Part shown: positions 43,841 to 57,270 of the stretch, in pieces | Position numbering within the stretch: the stretch's first letter is position 1 | Layout of the letters: each line of letters opens with the position of its first letter | NCBI GenBank assembly: GCA_009914755.4 | Contig: CP086569.2 | Span: 7,200,001 to 7,264,000 of the forward strand | Direction: 5' to 3' | DNA length: 64,000 nucleotides | DNA from: the human T2T-CHM13v2.0 reference genome, Homo sapiens | Translations under genes and position numbers: made by a program | The notes under the pieces: model-generated | What the model was told of the DNA's origin: nothing | The model's database searches: none | What the model saw: the letters and a program-made list of their open reading frames with translations, nothing else

Positions 43841-44470
43841 AAACAACATAGTTAAGAGAAAACAGTGAAAGATGATGGCTGAACTAAAGTGTAAGAGAAG
43901 GTCTTTGGAAACTAGGAACTTCAGGAACTGGTATGATTTGGTGGGCCTTTGTGTGAATGTTAAACTCACTGTAATCATTGACAGGAATTGGAATGGACAG
44001 GAAGATTGTGAGAATAAAGGGAGTGGGTCATAAATTTAGGAAAGTGTACTTGATATGATATTAGAAAGGGACGAAGAAGAATCTGTGACCTCGCTCAGGC
44101 CTTGCAGTATATGGAGTGTGAGGGAATAAGTGGCCTCTCCTTGGGTGGGCTGCAAGAGAAGTAGTGACCTCTATGGAGAAACTGTGTTATTTCAGGCACA
44201 AAGGTTGAAGGTTATTAATTGAGGTTGTTGTGCATACAGATGAGTTTATTTGCCATAAAGTATTAACTCTAGAATTGCCCAAATTCCCTTTCAAACTGGC
44301 CTACTTGATAAAATGTTATAGTAAATCTCCTTCCTTCCATGTGTTGCTTGTCCTGTATCGCATATACCCCACTAAACAAACCTCAGACTTGTTTTCTGGG
44401 CAACTCAAGCTAGGACAAAGGGAAAGGGAAGCGTAATACTATTTATTCAAAGGGGTTTATGTGTGCATAT

Positions 44471-46130
44471 GTATAATATACATGATGTATATTATGTATA
44501 ATATACATGATGTATATTATGTATAATATACATGATGTATATTATGTATAATATACATGATGTATATTATGTATAATATACATGATGTATATTATGTATA
44601 ATATACATGATGTATATTATGTATAATATACATGATGTATATTATGTATAATATACATGATGTATATTATGTATAATATACATGATGTATATTATGTATA
44701 ATATACATGATGTATATTATGTATAATATACATGATGTATATTATGTATAATATACATGATGTATATTATGTATAATATACATGATGTATATTATGTATA
44801 ATATACATGATGTATATTATGTATAATATACATGATGTATATTATGTATAATATACATGATGTATATTATGTATAATATACATGATGTATATTATGTATA
44901 ATATACATGATGTATATTATGTATAATATACATGATGTATATTATGTATAATATACATGATGTATATTATGTATAATATACATGATGTATATTATGTATA
45001 ATATACATGATGTATATTATGTATAATATACATGATGTATATTATGTATAATATACATGATGTATATTATGTATAATATACATGATGTATATTATGTATA
45101 ATATACATGATGTATATTATGTATAATATACATGATGTATATTGTGTATAATATACATGATGTATATTGTGTATAATATACATGATGTATATTGTGTATA
45201 ATATACATGATGTATATTGTGTATAATATACATGATGTATATTGTGTATAATATACATGATGTATATTGTGTATAATATACATGATGTATATTGTGTATA
45301 ATATACATGATGTATATTGTGTATAATATACATGATGTATATTGTGTATAATATACATGATGTATATTGTGTATAATATACATGATGTATATTGTGTATA
45401 ATATACATGATGTATATTGTGTATAATATACATGATGTATATTGTGTATAATATACATGATGTATATTGTGTATAATATACATGATGTATATTGTGTATA
45501 ATATACATGATGTATATTGTGTATAATATACATGATGTATATTGTGTATAATATACATGATGTATATTGTGTATAATATACATGATGTATATTGTGTATA
45601 ATATACATGATGTATATTGTGTATAATATACATGATGTATATTGTGTATAATATACATGATGTATATTGTGTATAATATACATCATGTATATTGTGTATA
45701 ATATACATCATGTATATTGTGTATAATATACATCATGTATATTGTGTATAATATACATCATGTATATTGTGTATAATATACATCATGTATATTGTGTATA
45801 ATATACATCATGTATATTGTGTATAATATACATCATGTATATTGTGTATAATATACATCATGTATATTGTGTATAATATACATCATGTATATTGTGTATA
45901 ATATACATCATGTATATTGTGTATAATATACATCATGTATATTGTGTATAATATACATCATGTATATTGTGTATAATATACATCATGTATATTGTGTATA
46001 ATATACATCATGTATATTGTGTATAATATACATGATGTATATTGTGTATAATATACATGATGTATATTGTGTATAATATACATGATGTATATTGTGTATA
46101 ATATACATGATGTATATTGTGTATATTATA
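44471..46130. repeat. 25 bp AT-rich near-palindromic minisatellite, about 66 units in four ordered variant blocks; degenerate tail to ~46175
   Basis: Unit 'gtataatatacatgatgtatattat' repeats ~26 times over 44471-45120. Variant '...tatattgt' repeats ~22 times over 45121-45670. Variant 'gtataatatacatcatgtatattgt' repeats ~14 times over 45671-46020. The '...catgatg...attgt' form returns ~4 times over 46021-46120. Units are perfectly phased at 25 bp. Minus-strand ORFs (214, 188 and 189 aa of 'YIIHNIHHVYYTQYTSCILYTIYIM' repeats) are translation artefacts. Confidence 0.95.
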
Positions 46131-47184
46131 CATATACATAGTATATGTATTGGCATATATGTATTGGCATAATATATCCTTGGCATTCATCAGCTTGTAG
46201 CTATACCGCTTCAGCATCTACCTCTGTCTTCACATGGCTGTCTTCCCTCTGTGTCTCTGTGTCTCTAAAACTCTCTATCCTTATAACAATATAAGACATT
46301 GAATTTAGGGTATACCATAATGTAATGTGACTTACCTTAACTTGATTATATTTGAAAAGTTTATATTTCCAAATAAGGTTATAGTCACAGGTCCTCAGGG
46401 TTATTTCAACATAGTTTTTTTTTTTTTTTTTTTTTTTAGAGAATTCAACCAACTACAGGGTTATTACCAAATAATTATTAGAATGTTGACACTAATTCCT
46501 ACAAACCAAAGCTTCTACTAAAATAAAGAAAGATGAGGTAGCAAGGTAACAAATGTATTACTCAGGTAAACCACCAAATCTCAGGACCTGGAAGCAGTCA
46601 TGAGATTTGGTAGTTTACCTAAGTAAATAATTCCAAAGAAATTATCTCCCTAACCACAATTAAGATGGTTCTTAGATTAGGCATATCCTGCTAATGTTGT
46701 AGCTTTGCTTTGCTATTCACACTTCCGGAGCTGAAAATACCTTAGGGGCCTCATCCATTAAGGAAAACAAAAATAAAAGGGGCAGTACATCAGAGTTGTT
46801 TTCCTACTTCAAATGACTGGATTCTGAGCTTCCCCGCTATCTCAACGTTCTCTGAGGTGGAGTGCTTAGCATCCAAACAACGTGCAAATGCATACTGGGA
46901 AACACTAAGCTTCTTTCTTACCAGAAACACCACTGAGAAGAAAACAAGGGAGTTTCTCTATGTTGGCAAACGATTTGCTACACAGGATATGTGAAAGCAA
47001 AGAGATGTTGCTCCACTCTCACAGACTTCAGCACTACAAGTATGTGCTGACATGCAGACCAGCTCTCAGTTCTAAAACATAGAACCCTCTAGCAGACAGG
47101 CTATCTAGAAAAAGTACAAAAGTTGAAAGTCTTTTCACGTGGCCTCTTAAACACACATGAGTTTTGTTGTTGTTTGTTTCTTTT

Positions 47185-47476
47185 GTTTTGTTTTGAGACG
47201 GAGTCTCGCTCTGTCGCCCAGGCTGGAGAGCAGTGGCTCCACCTCGGCTCACTGCAAGCTCCGCCTCCCGAGTTCGCGCCACTGTCCTGCCACAGCCTCC
47301 CCGAGTAGCTGGGACTACAGGCACCGGCCACCATGCCCTGCAAATTTTTTGTATTTTTAGTAGAGACGGGGTTTCACCGCGTTAGCCAGGATGGTCTTGG
47401 TCTACCGAACTCTTGATCCGCCCACCTCGGCCTCCCAGAGTGCTGGGATTACAGGCGTGAGCCACCCTGCCAGGCC
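47185..47476 (-). mobile_element. AluY-like young Alu (CpG-rich)
   Basis: T-rich head, then 'gagacggagtctcgctctgtcgcccaggctggagagcagtggctccacctcggctcactgcaagctccgcctcccgagttcgcgccactgtcctgcc...ggtttcaccgcgttagccaggatggtcttggtctaccgaactcttgatccgcccacctcggcctcccagagtgctgggattacaggcgtgagccaccctgccaggcc'. Confidence 0.9.
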
Positions 47477-48404
47477 CTGTTGTTTGTTGCTTCAGGCCAA
47501 CATGTTTTATTAATTTTACAACACTCTGTGCAATAATTTTTAAGGACGTATGAATATGGAGTTTACTTAGTGTAATATTTGTGTTACACCCACAAAAAAT
47601 TCCAAATTGCAGATGTTTTATACCTTAAAGCTCTTTGTCACTTTTGATAATGGTTTTCCAACTTTATATATAATATTTTATTATTGTTAAAAAATTCAGC
47701 CTGATTAATTTTAGGGTCAAGAATCTATTATTAGAATTTGAATCATTTATATAAATATATGACACTATCCTGCTGTATTTTTCTTTACCACATTCTATGG
47801 ACTCACTTTATTCTCTTCATTTGCATTACTGTAGTCTTCCTCTAAAGCCAAGTAAGTTTACAAATGGATCAAAAATTATTTTTGTTTTTTATTTCCTCAC
47901 AGGTGTTTTTAGCTCCGTGCTTTCATCATCAGTTCATTTTGCCAACAAGCATTATCACAAACTATGTAATTGTCACATTCAACTTTATGCCATTTTTCAA
48001 CTGACTCCTCATCTTCTAATACACAGAACTGAAATTCATATTTGCTTCAAACTCTGCTACTGGTCCCCCAATACTCACCGTTATTTAATTAGTTATTAAT
48101 ATTTTTGGTTTATGCATGTTTACCTTCCATTACAGCTACTTGTTTTCATAAGTCCTGTTCAGAACACATTTCTCAACTTCTGAACCTAAAAATGATAGTT
48201 CCTTCAAAATAATTCCTCTGTTTACAACTTCGCCTTTTCTATATGGCCTTTAGTTTCTTCATCTGTAAAATGAGTGATTAGATCAATGCTATTCAAGTCT
48301 ACTACATCTTTTGTGGCCTTTTAAACTTGACACAAGCCCTCTTTGCTAAGTGATACTAGAAATTAATATTACAAAAACTCAGCAAGAAATTACATTTGAT
48401 GTAA

Positions 48405-48722
48405 GTCCCGGTGTGGTGGCTCTTGCCTGTAATCCCAGCACTTTGGGAGGCTGAGGCGGGCAGATCACAAGGTCAGGAGATCGAGACCAGCCTGGTAACA
48501 CCATGAAAGCCTCTACTAAAAACACATCTCTACTAAAAATGCAAAAATATTAGCCAGGCATGGTGGTGGGCACCCGTAGTCCCAGCTGCTCGGGAGGCTG
48601 AGACAGGAGAATGGTGGAACCTGGGAGACAGAGCTTGCAGTGAGACAAGATAGCGCCACTGCACTCCAGCCTGGGTGACAGAGCAAGACTCCATCTCAAA
48701 AAAAAAAAAAAAAAAAGAAAAA
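48405..48722 (+). mobile_element. Alu SINE with a long poly-A
   Basis: 'gtcccggtgtggtggctcttgcctgtaatcccagcactttgggaggctgaggcgggcagatcacaaggtcaggagatcgagaccagcctgg...ttagccaggcatggtggtgggcacccgtagtcccagctgctcgggaggctgagacaggagaatggtggaacctgggagacagagcttgcagtgagacaagatagcgccactgcactccagcctgggtgacagagcaagactccatctcaaaaaaaaaaaa'. Confidence 0.9.
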
Positions 48723-51700
48723 GAAATTACTTTTGATATAATAATATACTTATTTAATCATATTTGATAATGTTACTCAAATATTTCAAGTAAACAGATA
48801 ATGTAAAGATAAATTTAATATGTAAGAATACATAATATTCCAAAAAAAAAAAAAAATCTGAACACCTTGGCTTACACCGTTTGACCTCACATGTTGCTGG
48901 CCTGCAGCTAAGGGTATAGTATGCAATTTGAATTTCATGTTAAAACAATTCAGTAATTTTTGTTAGTTGTAATTGATGAGTGATGGGCAATTTTATTTTT
49001 AGAGCCAAATGGAAAAATAACATCTGATTAGACAGAATCCAGGCAAAAATAAAAAATAAAAAAATAAAAGGTCATAATGTGTAAAGCAAGAAAATCTACG
49101 AACTTTGTTGTCTCTCTTCTTCTATTTCCTTCTGTTGCTATGTGAGCAAAGGGAGACAGGGGATCTTGGAGCACAGGAGCAAAGGGGAAAGGCCCAGATA
49201 TTCAGGTTGATGAGAATATGCATAATGCTAAAATTACAATGAATAAACATTAAAAATATCCATTATTAGCATAACGGTAGCAATAAATACTTAAAATAAA
49301 TATTTATAATGCAGAAACTTTTTCAGCATCTGAACTGAATACAATATATTGTATTTTATGATAATCTGAAAGCAGAGGGTCAGTCCAAAATTGACTCTAG
49401 TGTCAGTGTAGGAATTAATAGTAATAAATATCCAATCCATGTTTAAGTATATGAATTAGGTCTGATTAAAGCTAATAGAGGAGAAAAAGTGAGGGAAAAT
49501 ATTCAGTTCTACTTATTTACTAAGGAGAGATCTGGCTAAATAAGATTTATCTGCTTAACTTGTAACATTGCTTAAGTTCAATTGCTTAATTAAAATACTA
49601 ATTTTTAAATAAGAAAGATGGGGTTAATTAATATCTTGTATCTCAGACACATCTCTAACCCTTAATTTTTGCTATTCACATAGGGTATGAAGGTGACCAC
49701 TGATGATAGTAAACAAATTTATTCATTCATTAAATGAATCATATGGAATCAACAAAAACGTATTGCTTATCTAGATGTTGTCAGAGTTGAATCTTGAAGC
49801 ATAAATAAACAATACTTATTTATTAACATGCATGGTATTCTGCTGGTCATTATAGCTGTATCTGCCTATGTGACAGCTTACAATTTTCCAGACTCATGGT
49901 ATTATGGGCTGAAGTCCCAAGCCCTCCACCCATTGGTATTAAAGTCCTAACACCGTTACATCAGAATGTTACTGTATTTGGTGATAGGGGCTTTAAAAAG
50001 GTAATTATGTTAAACTAAAGCAGTTGGATATGGCCTTATTCCAATCTCACTGGTGTCCTTATAAAAGGAGGACATTTTGACACACAAGGGTACATCAGGA
50101 ATGCATGAGCACAGAGATAAGACCATGTAAACACACAAAGGGTGGTCAGCCATTTGCAAGCCAAAGACAGAGGTCTCAGAAAAAAATCAAAGCTGATGAT
50201 ATCTTGACTTGGACTTCCAGCTTCCAGAACTTTGAAACAATAAATTTCTGTTTTTTTGATAATGTTACCAAGTGTCACCAACTGTGTGATGTTTTGCTAT
50301 GGCACTAACCCACATAGCTCAAGGGCTGAAACAATCTAAAGGAGTTTCTTCAAAAATCTTTCTATTTACAGCATTATATTACCGGGGCTTTTAGCTCCAG
50401 GGAATGACTGAATGAGTTTTTGTTTCCGATCTTTGGTGACGCATTATACTATAATAATATAGTACCAAGATAGGCATTTCCATTGGCTTTCCTCTACTCT
50501 GCCTTCTGGACTTCAGCTTTATTTTCACCAGGTTGATTTTCCAGGCACTACATAGGGTCTCTCTGGGCAGCCAAAGGAGTGGGCGTCACAGCCAAGAACT
50601 AAGGTTGCTGAACTTCATTCAGACTTTCTCAGTGAGCTAGCCATCCACCAGCTGCTATGGGCTGTCTAGGGCCAGGAACGAGCTGAGCTGACCCAGCACT
50701 GGTGAGGTCCTGATAGTGAGACCTCCTGAAGTTTTGACAGCAGGCACCTTACTCTCTTCGCTTGAGTTCCAGCCCTATTGATACCACACCCCTCCCAAGC
50801 CTTTCTTGACATTCCTTCAGAGCATTTGTAGTTTTGTTGGAAAGAAACAGGCGATAGTTACAAGAGATTAGAAAAATGTGTTAGCTTTGAAAATAAGTGC
50901 TAAATGAATGATCTAAGTGAGTTCTTCTTGAGTTCAGGACATAGATTGCTTTACCTCAATGCTATAAAAATAGCTTCAGAGAGAATGGGGAGCTTGAATG
51001 ACGCATAAGATTCTCACATGCTTGGAAGCTGTTATCTTCAAATAAAACAATGTAAAAAGATGGAAAATAAGTATTATCATATATAATTTAGAAACTTCAG
51101 AAACAAAAACATGGGTTAAAAGTCTGGCTATGCCAGTTACCAACTAGGTAGCATGCAGCAAATTACAAACTCTCTGAATTTCTACTTTCTCATGAGGTTG
51201 TTTAGATGATTAGAAATCACCTATATAAAATGACTGACTTTGTGCCAGGCAAGTGGCCTGGACTCACTAAACGGTTGTACACATATTAACATTGTTTCAT
51301 GATTAATGCCAATCTAATAATGATCGTTTCAGCAGTCCTTATTTTAGCACTCCCATGAATGAAAGACTTCAGAAATCAAAATAGACCTCAGCAATAATTT
51401 AGTCGAGTCTCCTCATTTTCTGGAGAAAATGGATGCCCAGAGATATTAAATGACTTGGCAGAGGTTACAGAGCCAGTTGGCAGCAGAGACAGCATCAGCT
51501 ACAAAACATAAAATTTTTTACTCTGGATCAGAATACATTTCATTTTAGATTCCTTTATTGAAAGCAGTACACATATCTTAAGTATTTATTTTTAAAATCA
51601 TACCAATTACATATGAAGGGTGAATGAACTGAAATAGATGGAAGGACATTAAATCTAAGTGTTGTGGTAGTGCTACAGATTTACACATAGAACAACTGTG

Positions 51701-52544
51701 ATGTAGCAGTACTTGAAAGTTTTTGGTTGTGTCTTATCAACCTAATCTTCCTTACAAGCCCTGACCCTGACTAATTTGTGGTGGTGGTTTTAAGTGGCTA
51801 ATTAATAGTATCTAACACTATTGTGTAATTTTTTTTTCAGGTAAGAGCTTTGTTTTACAGGGTGCCACTTATAAGTCCCAAAGTACCAAATGAGAATGTG
51901 AGGAGGGGCACAAGTGGAACACTTGCCCTTGCAAAATGGAAAAGAGATGGGGACTCCTGGCGTGACCTTTGGGTCCCTGGTTTCAGCCAGATCTTCACTG
52001 TAGGATTTCTGGATCATTCTGAGGTTCTCGTGCTCTATTCTGAGTAACAGCATAAATTTGTGACTTGTTGTACTGGATAATTCAGGAGTTAGTTGTGCTC
52101 TTCTATTTTCAAAAATTTGAAAGTAAATAAATAAATAAACCCTCTATTAGATGCCCAATGAGACTGTTTATGTGGTGGCTTTAGCACCATGACTACCTTA
52201 TCTCTTGTCAGTGTAGCCCCGCGAATGCCTCCTAGCACTGTGCTGAGTTATCTTCCATCTCTTCCAGGAGACACGGGGGCACATCAGAGTCCTATCCTTG
52301 GCCCCCTACATAAGGGCATCTCTGAAACTTCTCTCAGCATTCGCTCTCTCCTTAACAATGCCGTATCTTCATTTTACTTTTTCTGTGCCATAGGTGACCT
52401 ATGTTGCCACAAACACGACATAGTGAAGTTCTTTTTCAGAGATCAAATCACAAGTGGGCAAAATTTCCCTTTAACTCCACACCTCTGACTCTGGGATTTC
52501 AGAAGAGCAGGAAAAACCTATGCTCCTTATGTTTTACTATTTTT

Positions 52545-52851
52545 TACTTTTTCTTTCTTTTTGTGTGTTTTGCTCTTGTTGCCCAGGCTGGAGTACAATG
52601 GGGCAATCTCGGCTCACCGCAACCTCTGCTTCCTGGGTTCAAGTGATTCTCCTGCCTCAGTCTCTGGAGTTATCTAGGATTACAGGCATGCACCACAAAG
52701 CCTGGCTAATTTTGTGTTTTTAGTAGATATGGGGTTTCTCCATGTTGGACAGGCTGGTCTCGAACTCCCAACCTTAGGTGCTCCACCCACCTCAGCGTCA
52801 TATTATGTTGGGATTATAGGCATGAGCCACTGCACCTGGCCTACTTTTTGC
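52545..52851 (-). mobile_element. Alu SINE
   Basis: T-rich head, then 'tgctcttgttgcccaggctggagtacaatggggcaatctcggctcaccgcaacctctgcttcctgggttcaagtgattctcctgcctcagtctctggagttatctaggattacaggcatgcaccacaaagcctggctaattttgtgtttttagtagatatggggtttctccatgttggacaggctggtctcgaactcc...gggattataggcatgagccactgcacctggcc'. Confidence 0.85.
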
Positions 52852-53859
52852 TTTCTTCTCCACCGTGGTTTCCTTCTTCCCAGACCTCACTTGTCCATAA
52901 AAATTTTCATTTAATTTCTTCTCTGTCTACCCAAAATCCCTTCCCTTTTTGTGCCTTCTCTGCACTTTGGCTAATGTTAATTATCTACAATTTGTGTCAG
53001 ATAGGCTAGGATCTTCATAGTACAAGCTCAGGCTTCTACAAACTAGTGTTTGTAGAAACTAGGGCAAATAATATATTGGTTTACTAGTCCACAGATATTT
53101 TTTCTCATACAATACCTAGTTTTATGTAGACCTAAGTGGGGCTATGTCAAAAATTTCTTGAAACTATTAAAAAATGTTTCCTTTTCACTTAGAATAAAAT
53201 ACAAACTTCCTACCCAAACTTGAAGGGTCTGGCTTCCCCTCCTCCTCTATCTTTCAACGTCACCTCAACCTGCTTCTCCCAGGTTCACTGTACCCTAAAA
53301 AGACATATTAAATCAATGCTCCTCCCTTTAGGGTCTTTTTTCTAATTCTATTTTTCTGAATCTGCACACCCGGTTTCTTCCCATCCTTTAGGTCTAGACT
53401 GTAGAGTTACCCCCAAAGAGGAATTTCCTAAGCTTCTGGTTGAAGGACTTAGGAGATGACCTTCCACTCTCTCAAGCAAATTATTTCTCACACAGCACCT
53501 TGGTTACTTTTCTCACAGTGCTTAAGAAAATCTGAAATTATTTTGTGCATTAATGTGCTTGTTCATTGTTTTCTGATAGTATAGAAAACACAGAGATCAA
53601 AGGTTATTCTTACCTTATTCACCATTTTATGCTTGGAACTATTAAGGTATAGTGCCTGAATAACCAGTGCTTAATAAATAACTACTAGATAAATAGTCTA
53701 ATGAATGGAAGTATGTGGATCTACCAGAAGTTTTCATGACATGCACATTTCTTTATGTCCCTAAATTATTTACACTTTTGACAATACTGTGAAGACCATA
53801 ATTGTAAGAACTAAAGAAAGAGGAGAGAAACACAAAGGGTAGCTTGAGAGTCAATAAGG

Positions 53860-54565
53860 AGAGATTTGTTTTAGAAAACAAACCTGATAGGGGCTTCTGG
53901 CCTAGTTGAGTCTGAGCCACACTCTCTTATAGGTTAAGACTTTTTAAGGATTCAGGACAGGAGAGTTTGTCAGAGGCTTGGACTGCTTCTGTGTCTCTTT
54001 GTTGTGCTTATCTGTGAGTGCAGCAGGATAATTTAGGAATCAGAGAGACAGAGAGGTTGAGGAGAATACTTATTATTTAGGTGCATCCACCCAGTCAGAT
54101 TAACATCCAAAAGGACAGAGCCCCAAACAAAGAGTTCAGTTGCCTTTTAAGCATTTTGTGGGGTGGGGGTAGATCTGTGCAGGGGGGAAGCATATTACAG
54201 AAGTGAGAAACAAAGGCAGTTATTCAGTTGAGACATGCATGACATCGTTTCTTACGTTTCAAGGAAAAACATGTTTTATGCCTTGAGTTTATCTGCCTTG
54301 TGACCTTGCAGCTGCACAGCTAGAAAAACAGGTTCTTCACAATGCCTGGGAAAGGGAGAGATAAGGCTCACTAGCCACCAGAAAAACAGGCAGTTAAATT
54401 TTGAAGGACTTCAGCTCTTTCTCTTCCTCAGGGAGAATTGGGTTATCTTACCTACAACTGAGTTTTTGCCTACACATTCTTTAATTTCTTTTAATTCCTG
54501 TTTCAGGGGGTAGGGTTGTGTGTCTGTTTCCAGATATATTCCTGAAGCTGCAGACATACCCCCCG
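53860..54565 (+). repeat. copy 1 of an unidentified dispersed repeat (matches 59455-59660), with ~480 bp extra internal sequence
   Basis: Shared blocks: 'gaaaacaaacctga.ag.g..tctggcc.agtt.agt' (53870-53920, matching 59463-59505), 'attcagg...gag...cagag.cttggactg.ttctgtgtctctttgttgtgcttatctg.gag' (53948-54020, matching 59530-59605) and 'gttgtgtgtctgtt.cca.atat.ttcctg.agctgcag.catacccc' (54512-54565, matching 59608-59656). Confidence 0.4.
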
Positions 54566-55322
54566 CGACTGCTTTTAGCTTCCCTATGTTAGTGCATCTG
54601 AAGGGAAAGCAATGTGCTTATTAAGGCCCACTGTTTTACTGACGTCTTCTTTATGAAGGTGAAGTTTGGCAATTACCCAAGAGACTTCCTCTCCATCTCC
54701 CTCTGTACCCCAGCTGTCTTTTCTGTGTTTTAGTGTCTGCTCTTTCTGGCTGCTAGTTGTCAGAAGACAAGTGATTTCTTTGAAATGCATGAGGTTAGAA
54801 AGGAAGCTGATCTTCAGTTGGCAGTGTTTGTCCAAGATGATGGTGCCCTTGTTCTGTCATTCCAGACCCTTTAGTTACAAAAGAACAAGAGGCAACATGT
54901 TCCTTCTGGCTACTTCCTGCTGATGCGGGGTTGGGTGCGGAAAGTTTTTTTGATCTTGGATGGACTGCAGGAGCAATACTGTCCATAGATATTTTTGGGT
55001 AGCTGTCTGTGAAATGGCCATGATTCTGTCGGTTAAAAGGTTTTGGAAAAGGTTACTGAGGCAGGGTAAGAACATTAGTCCTAGGTTTTTCAGCAGTGTT
55101 TCATATTAGGCCTGATTGGTTGAGACAAAAGCAACATTTCTTTCCCAATGACACGCAGAGGAACATGTTTGGAAAGACCCATGTGTTATTGTTTTATTAG
55201 TAACTGTTAGATTTGCTATGATGATAATAATTAAACAAAATGCTACAGTAATTGAGATTCTTTGTTTGATATTTCACCCTTAGGGTACTACAGTATATAT
55301 TCCTACTGCACATAGTACAACA

Positions 55323-55385
55323 TGCACTCCAGCCTGGGTGACAGAGCGAGGCTCCTTCTCAAAAAAAAAAAAAAAAAAAAAAAAA
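55323..55385 (+). mobile_element. Alu 3' terminal fragment with poly-A
   Basis: 'tgcactccagcctgggtgacagagcgaggctccttctc' followed by ~35 A. Confidence 0.7.
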
Positions 55386-57115
55386 GTTAATATCTGGCTT
55401 AAAGGATAGGTAGGATTGATAAAAAGTACCTGGTAAAGTAGCGTTGGGACTAAGATGAGTAATTTTCACTTAATTACTTATATTTTATTATTTTCAGCTT
55501 AAAATTTCTTTTTTTTACGTTGATATTTAGGATGTTTTTAATGGGCTGCTAGGAGCTGCTTTCTCAGCTCTTTCAGCTTTGACTTGAGTGTGTAGTATCT
55601 AGGAGTTGATTTCTGTAATGAATATAATTTAAACTGTAGAAAATAATAAAAATTGAAAAACATTAGGCAGACTAGAATTTAGCAACAGGTGCGCTATAGT
55701 TTTTGAAACATAATTTTCTCTCTTCAATTTCCCATTTTTATTAAAAGAAAAATCATGGTAGGACAGCTTTCCTTTATTATACTTGGCTTAATTAGTTTTA
55801 TACAGTGCAGCAAAAATAAGTATTTGCTACACATGACTTTTAAGTCAGCTTTGATGGAATTTTGTGTTATAGAAGGAATTTGAGATGAGACTTTTTAAGG
55901 CCCAGCCCAGCCATGGATTTCTATCATTAAATACCTATGAGTTGGGTGAATTCCTCTCCTCTTGAGGTTTTAAGATAACATGCATTTCCTGGCCTGTCAG
56001 AAAGTGACATTCTATACTTACCACAGATCAGAAACCTTATACAAGGACTGTGTACACAAAATATGAGACCAGTTTTCCAAGGGCTTTATTGGCTTCATAA
56101 GTTAAGTTTTATTCACTAAAGGAGAGCATACCATTCCTGTCAAAGCCTTGGTAAAATAACCATCTTTTCCAACTGTGTTTTCTTACAAAAGAAAATACAT
56201 TCTTATTGCACTGATGCAAACAACTATATTGCTGTAGTTTAAGAATACTTATAACTAGTTTTCAAATTATAGAGGAACTAGGGAGAGAGAAGCAAACCAA
56301 TTTTAATTTCCATTTACAGAAATATGCTTTACTTAGCTGTTAAAGGCTGTAGCTAGCTTAAGGCAAGTTTTCTTAACTCTGAAACATAAGACACAGATTA
56401 GCAGTGTTCTAAGCAAAAGGATAAAAACTTGTTTGTGTTTTTTGTTAATTTAATCCATTTTGTTTTGGTTGATATTTATAACCATTTTAGCTTTTCATGT
56501 CTTCTGTAGTTCTGTTGTTGTTTGTTGTTGTTGTTGTGAAAACCCTCCTTTGAGAGCAACTGTTAAAGTTTTACAGCTTGGTAATAAACCATCTTTTGAA
56601 GAGAATTTAAACAAAGTAACCATTGTCTGTAAATACCAAAATGTCCAGTTTGGATACAGTCAGAAACATAGTTGACAAAGAAATTTGGTCATTGTGGTTC
56701 ACAATAACCCAGCATAACAACTTTAATTGTGATTAATAGCACATATTTAGACACTAGAACCTTAGACATGGCATACAGCTTTGGAACATGTTATAATATT
56801 ATTCCCTAAAATATAACCTATCAGACACTATTTTGGCAATTTTATGTACCTAAACATGTTAAATAATCATGCTTACCATATTTTCCAGACGTTCTACCCT
56901 TTCGAGATTAGTTAATATGTTTACACACAGAGTTTTCTTTATAGGATTATAATTTACAATGTTTTCACAATTTTCTTAAACAGTCCACTTTATTTTATTT
57001 AACTTTAAGACAACTTTTTTATTCTTAAGCAAAATACATAGTTATGCCTTATAATTTTTAACTAAAACCACTTTTTACCATTTTTATACACTTTTATGCA
57101 AATCCATGTTTAGCA

Positions 57116-57270
57116 GTAGTGGGCGCCTGTATTCCCAGCTACTCCAGAGGCTGAGGCAGGAGAATGGCATGAACCAAGGGAGCGGAGCTTGCAGTGAGCT
57201 GAGATCGAGCCACTGCACTCCAGCCTAGGCGACAGAGCCAGACTCCGTCTTAAAAAAAAAACAACAAAAA
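57116..57270 (+). mobile_element. Alu right-arm fragment with A-rich tail
   Basis: 'gtagtgggcgcctgtattcccagctactccagaggctgaggcaggagaatggcatgaaccaagggagcggagcttgcagtgagctgagatcgagccactgcactccagcctaggcgacagagccagactccgtcttaaaaaaaaaacaacaaaaaac'. Confidence 0.75.

Noticed and set aside
44471-46130. CRISPR-array reading of the 25 bp repeats (and likewise of the 34 bp repeats at 13190-14690)
   Set aside because: Units are directly adjacent with no unique spacers, and the context is eukaryotic. These are minisatellites.
45067-46217. 214, 189 and 188 aa minus-strand ORFs 'MYIIHNIHHVYYTQYTSCILYTIYI...'
   Set aside because: Exact 25-bp minisatellite translated in three frames (25 is not a multiple of 3, so the protein shows a 25-aa periodicity). 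Artefact.
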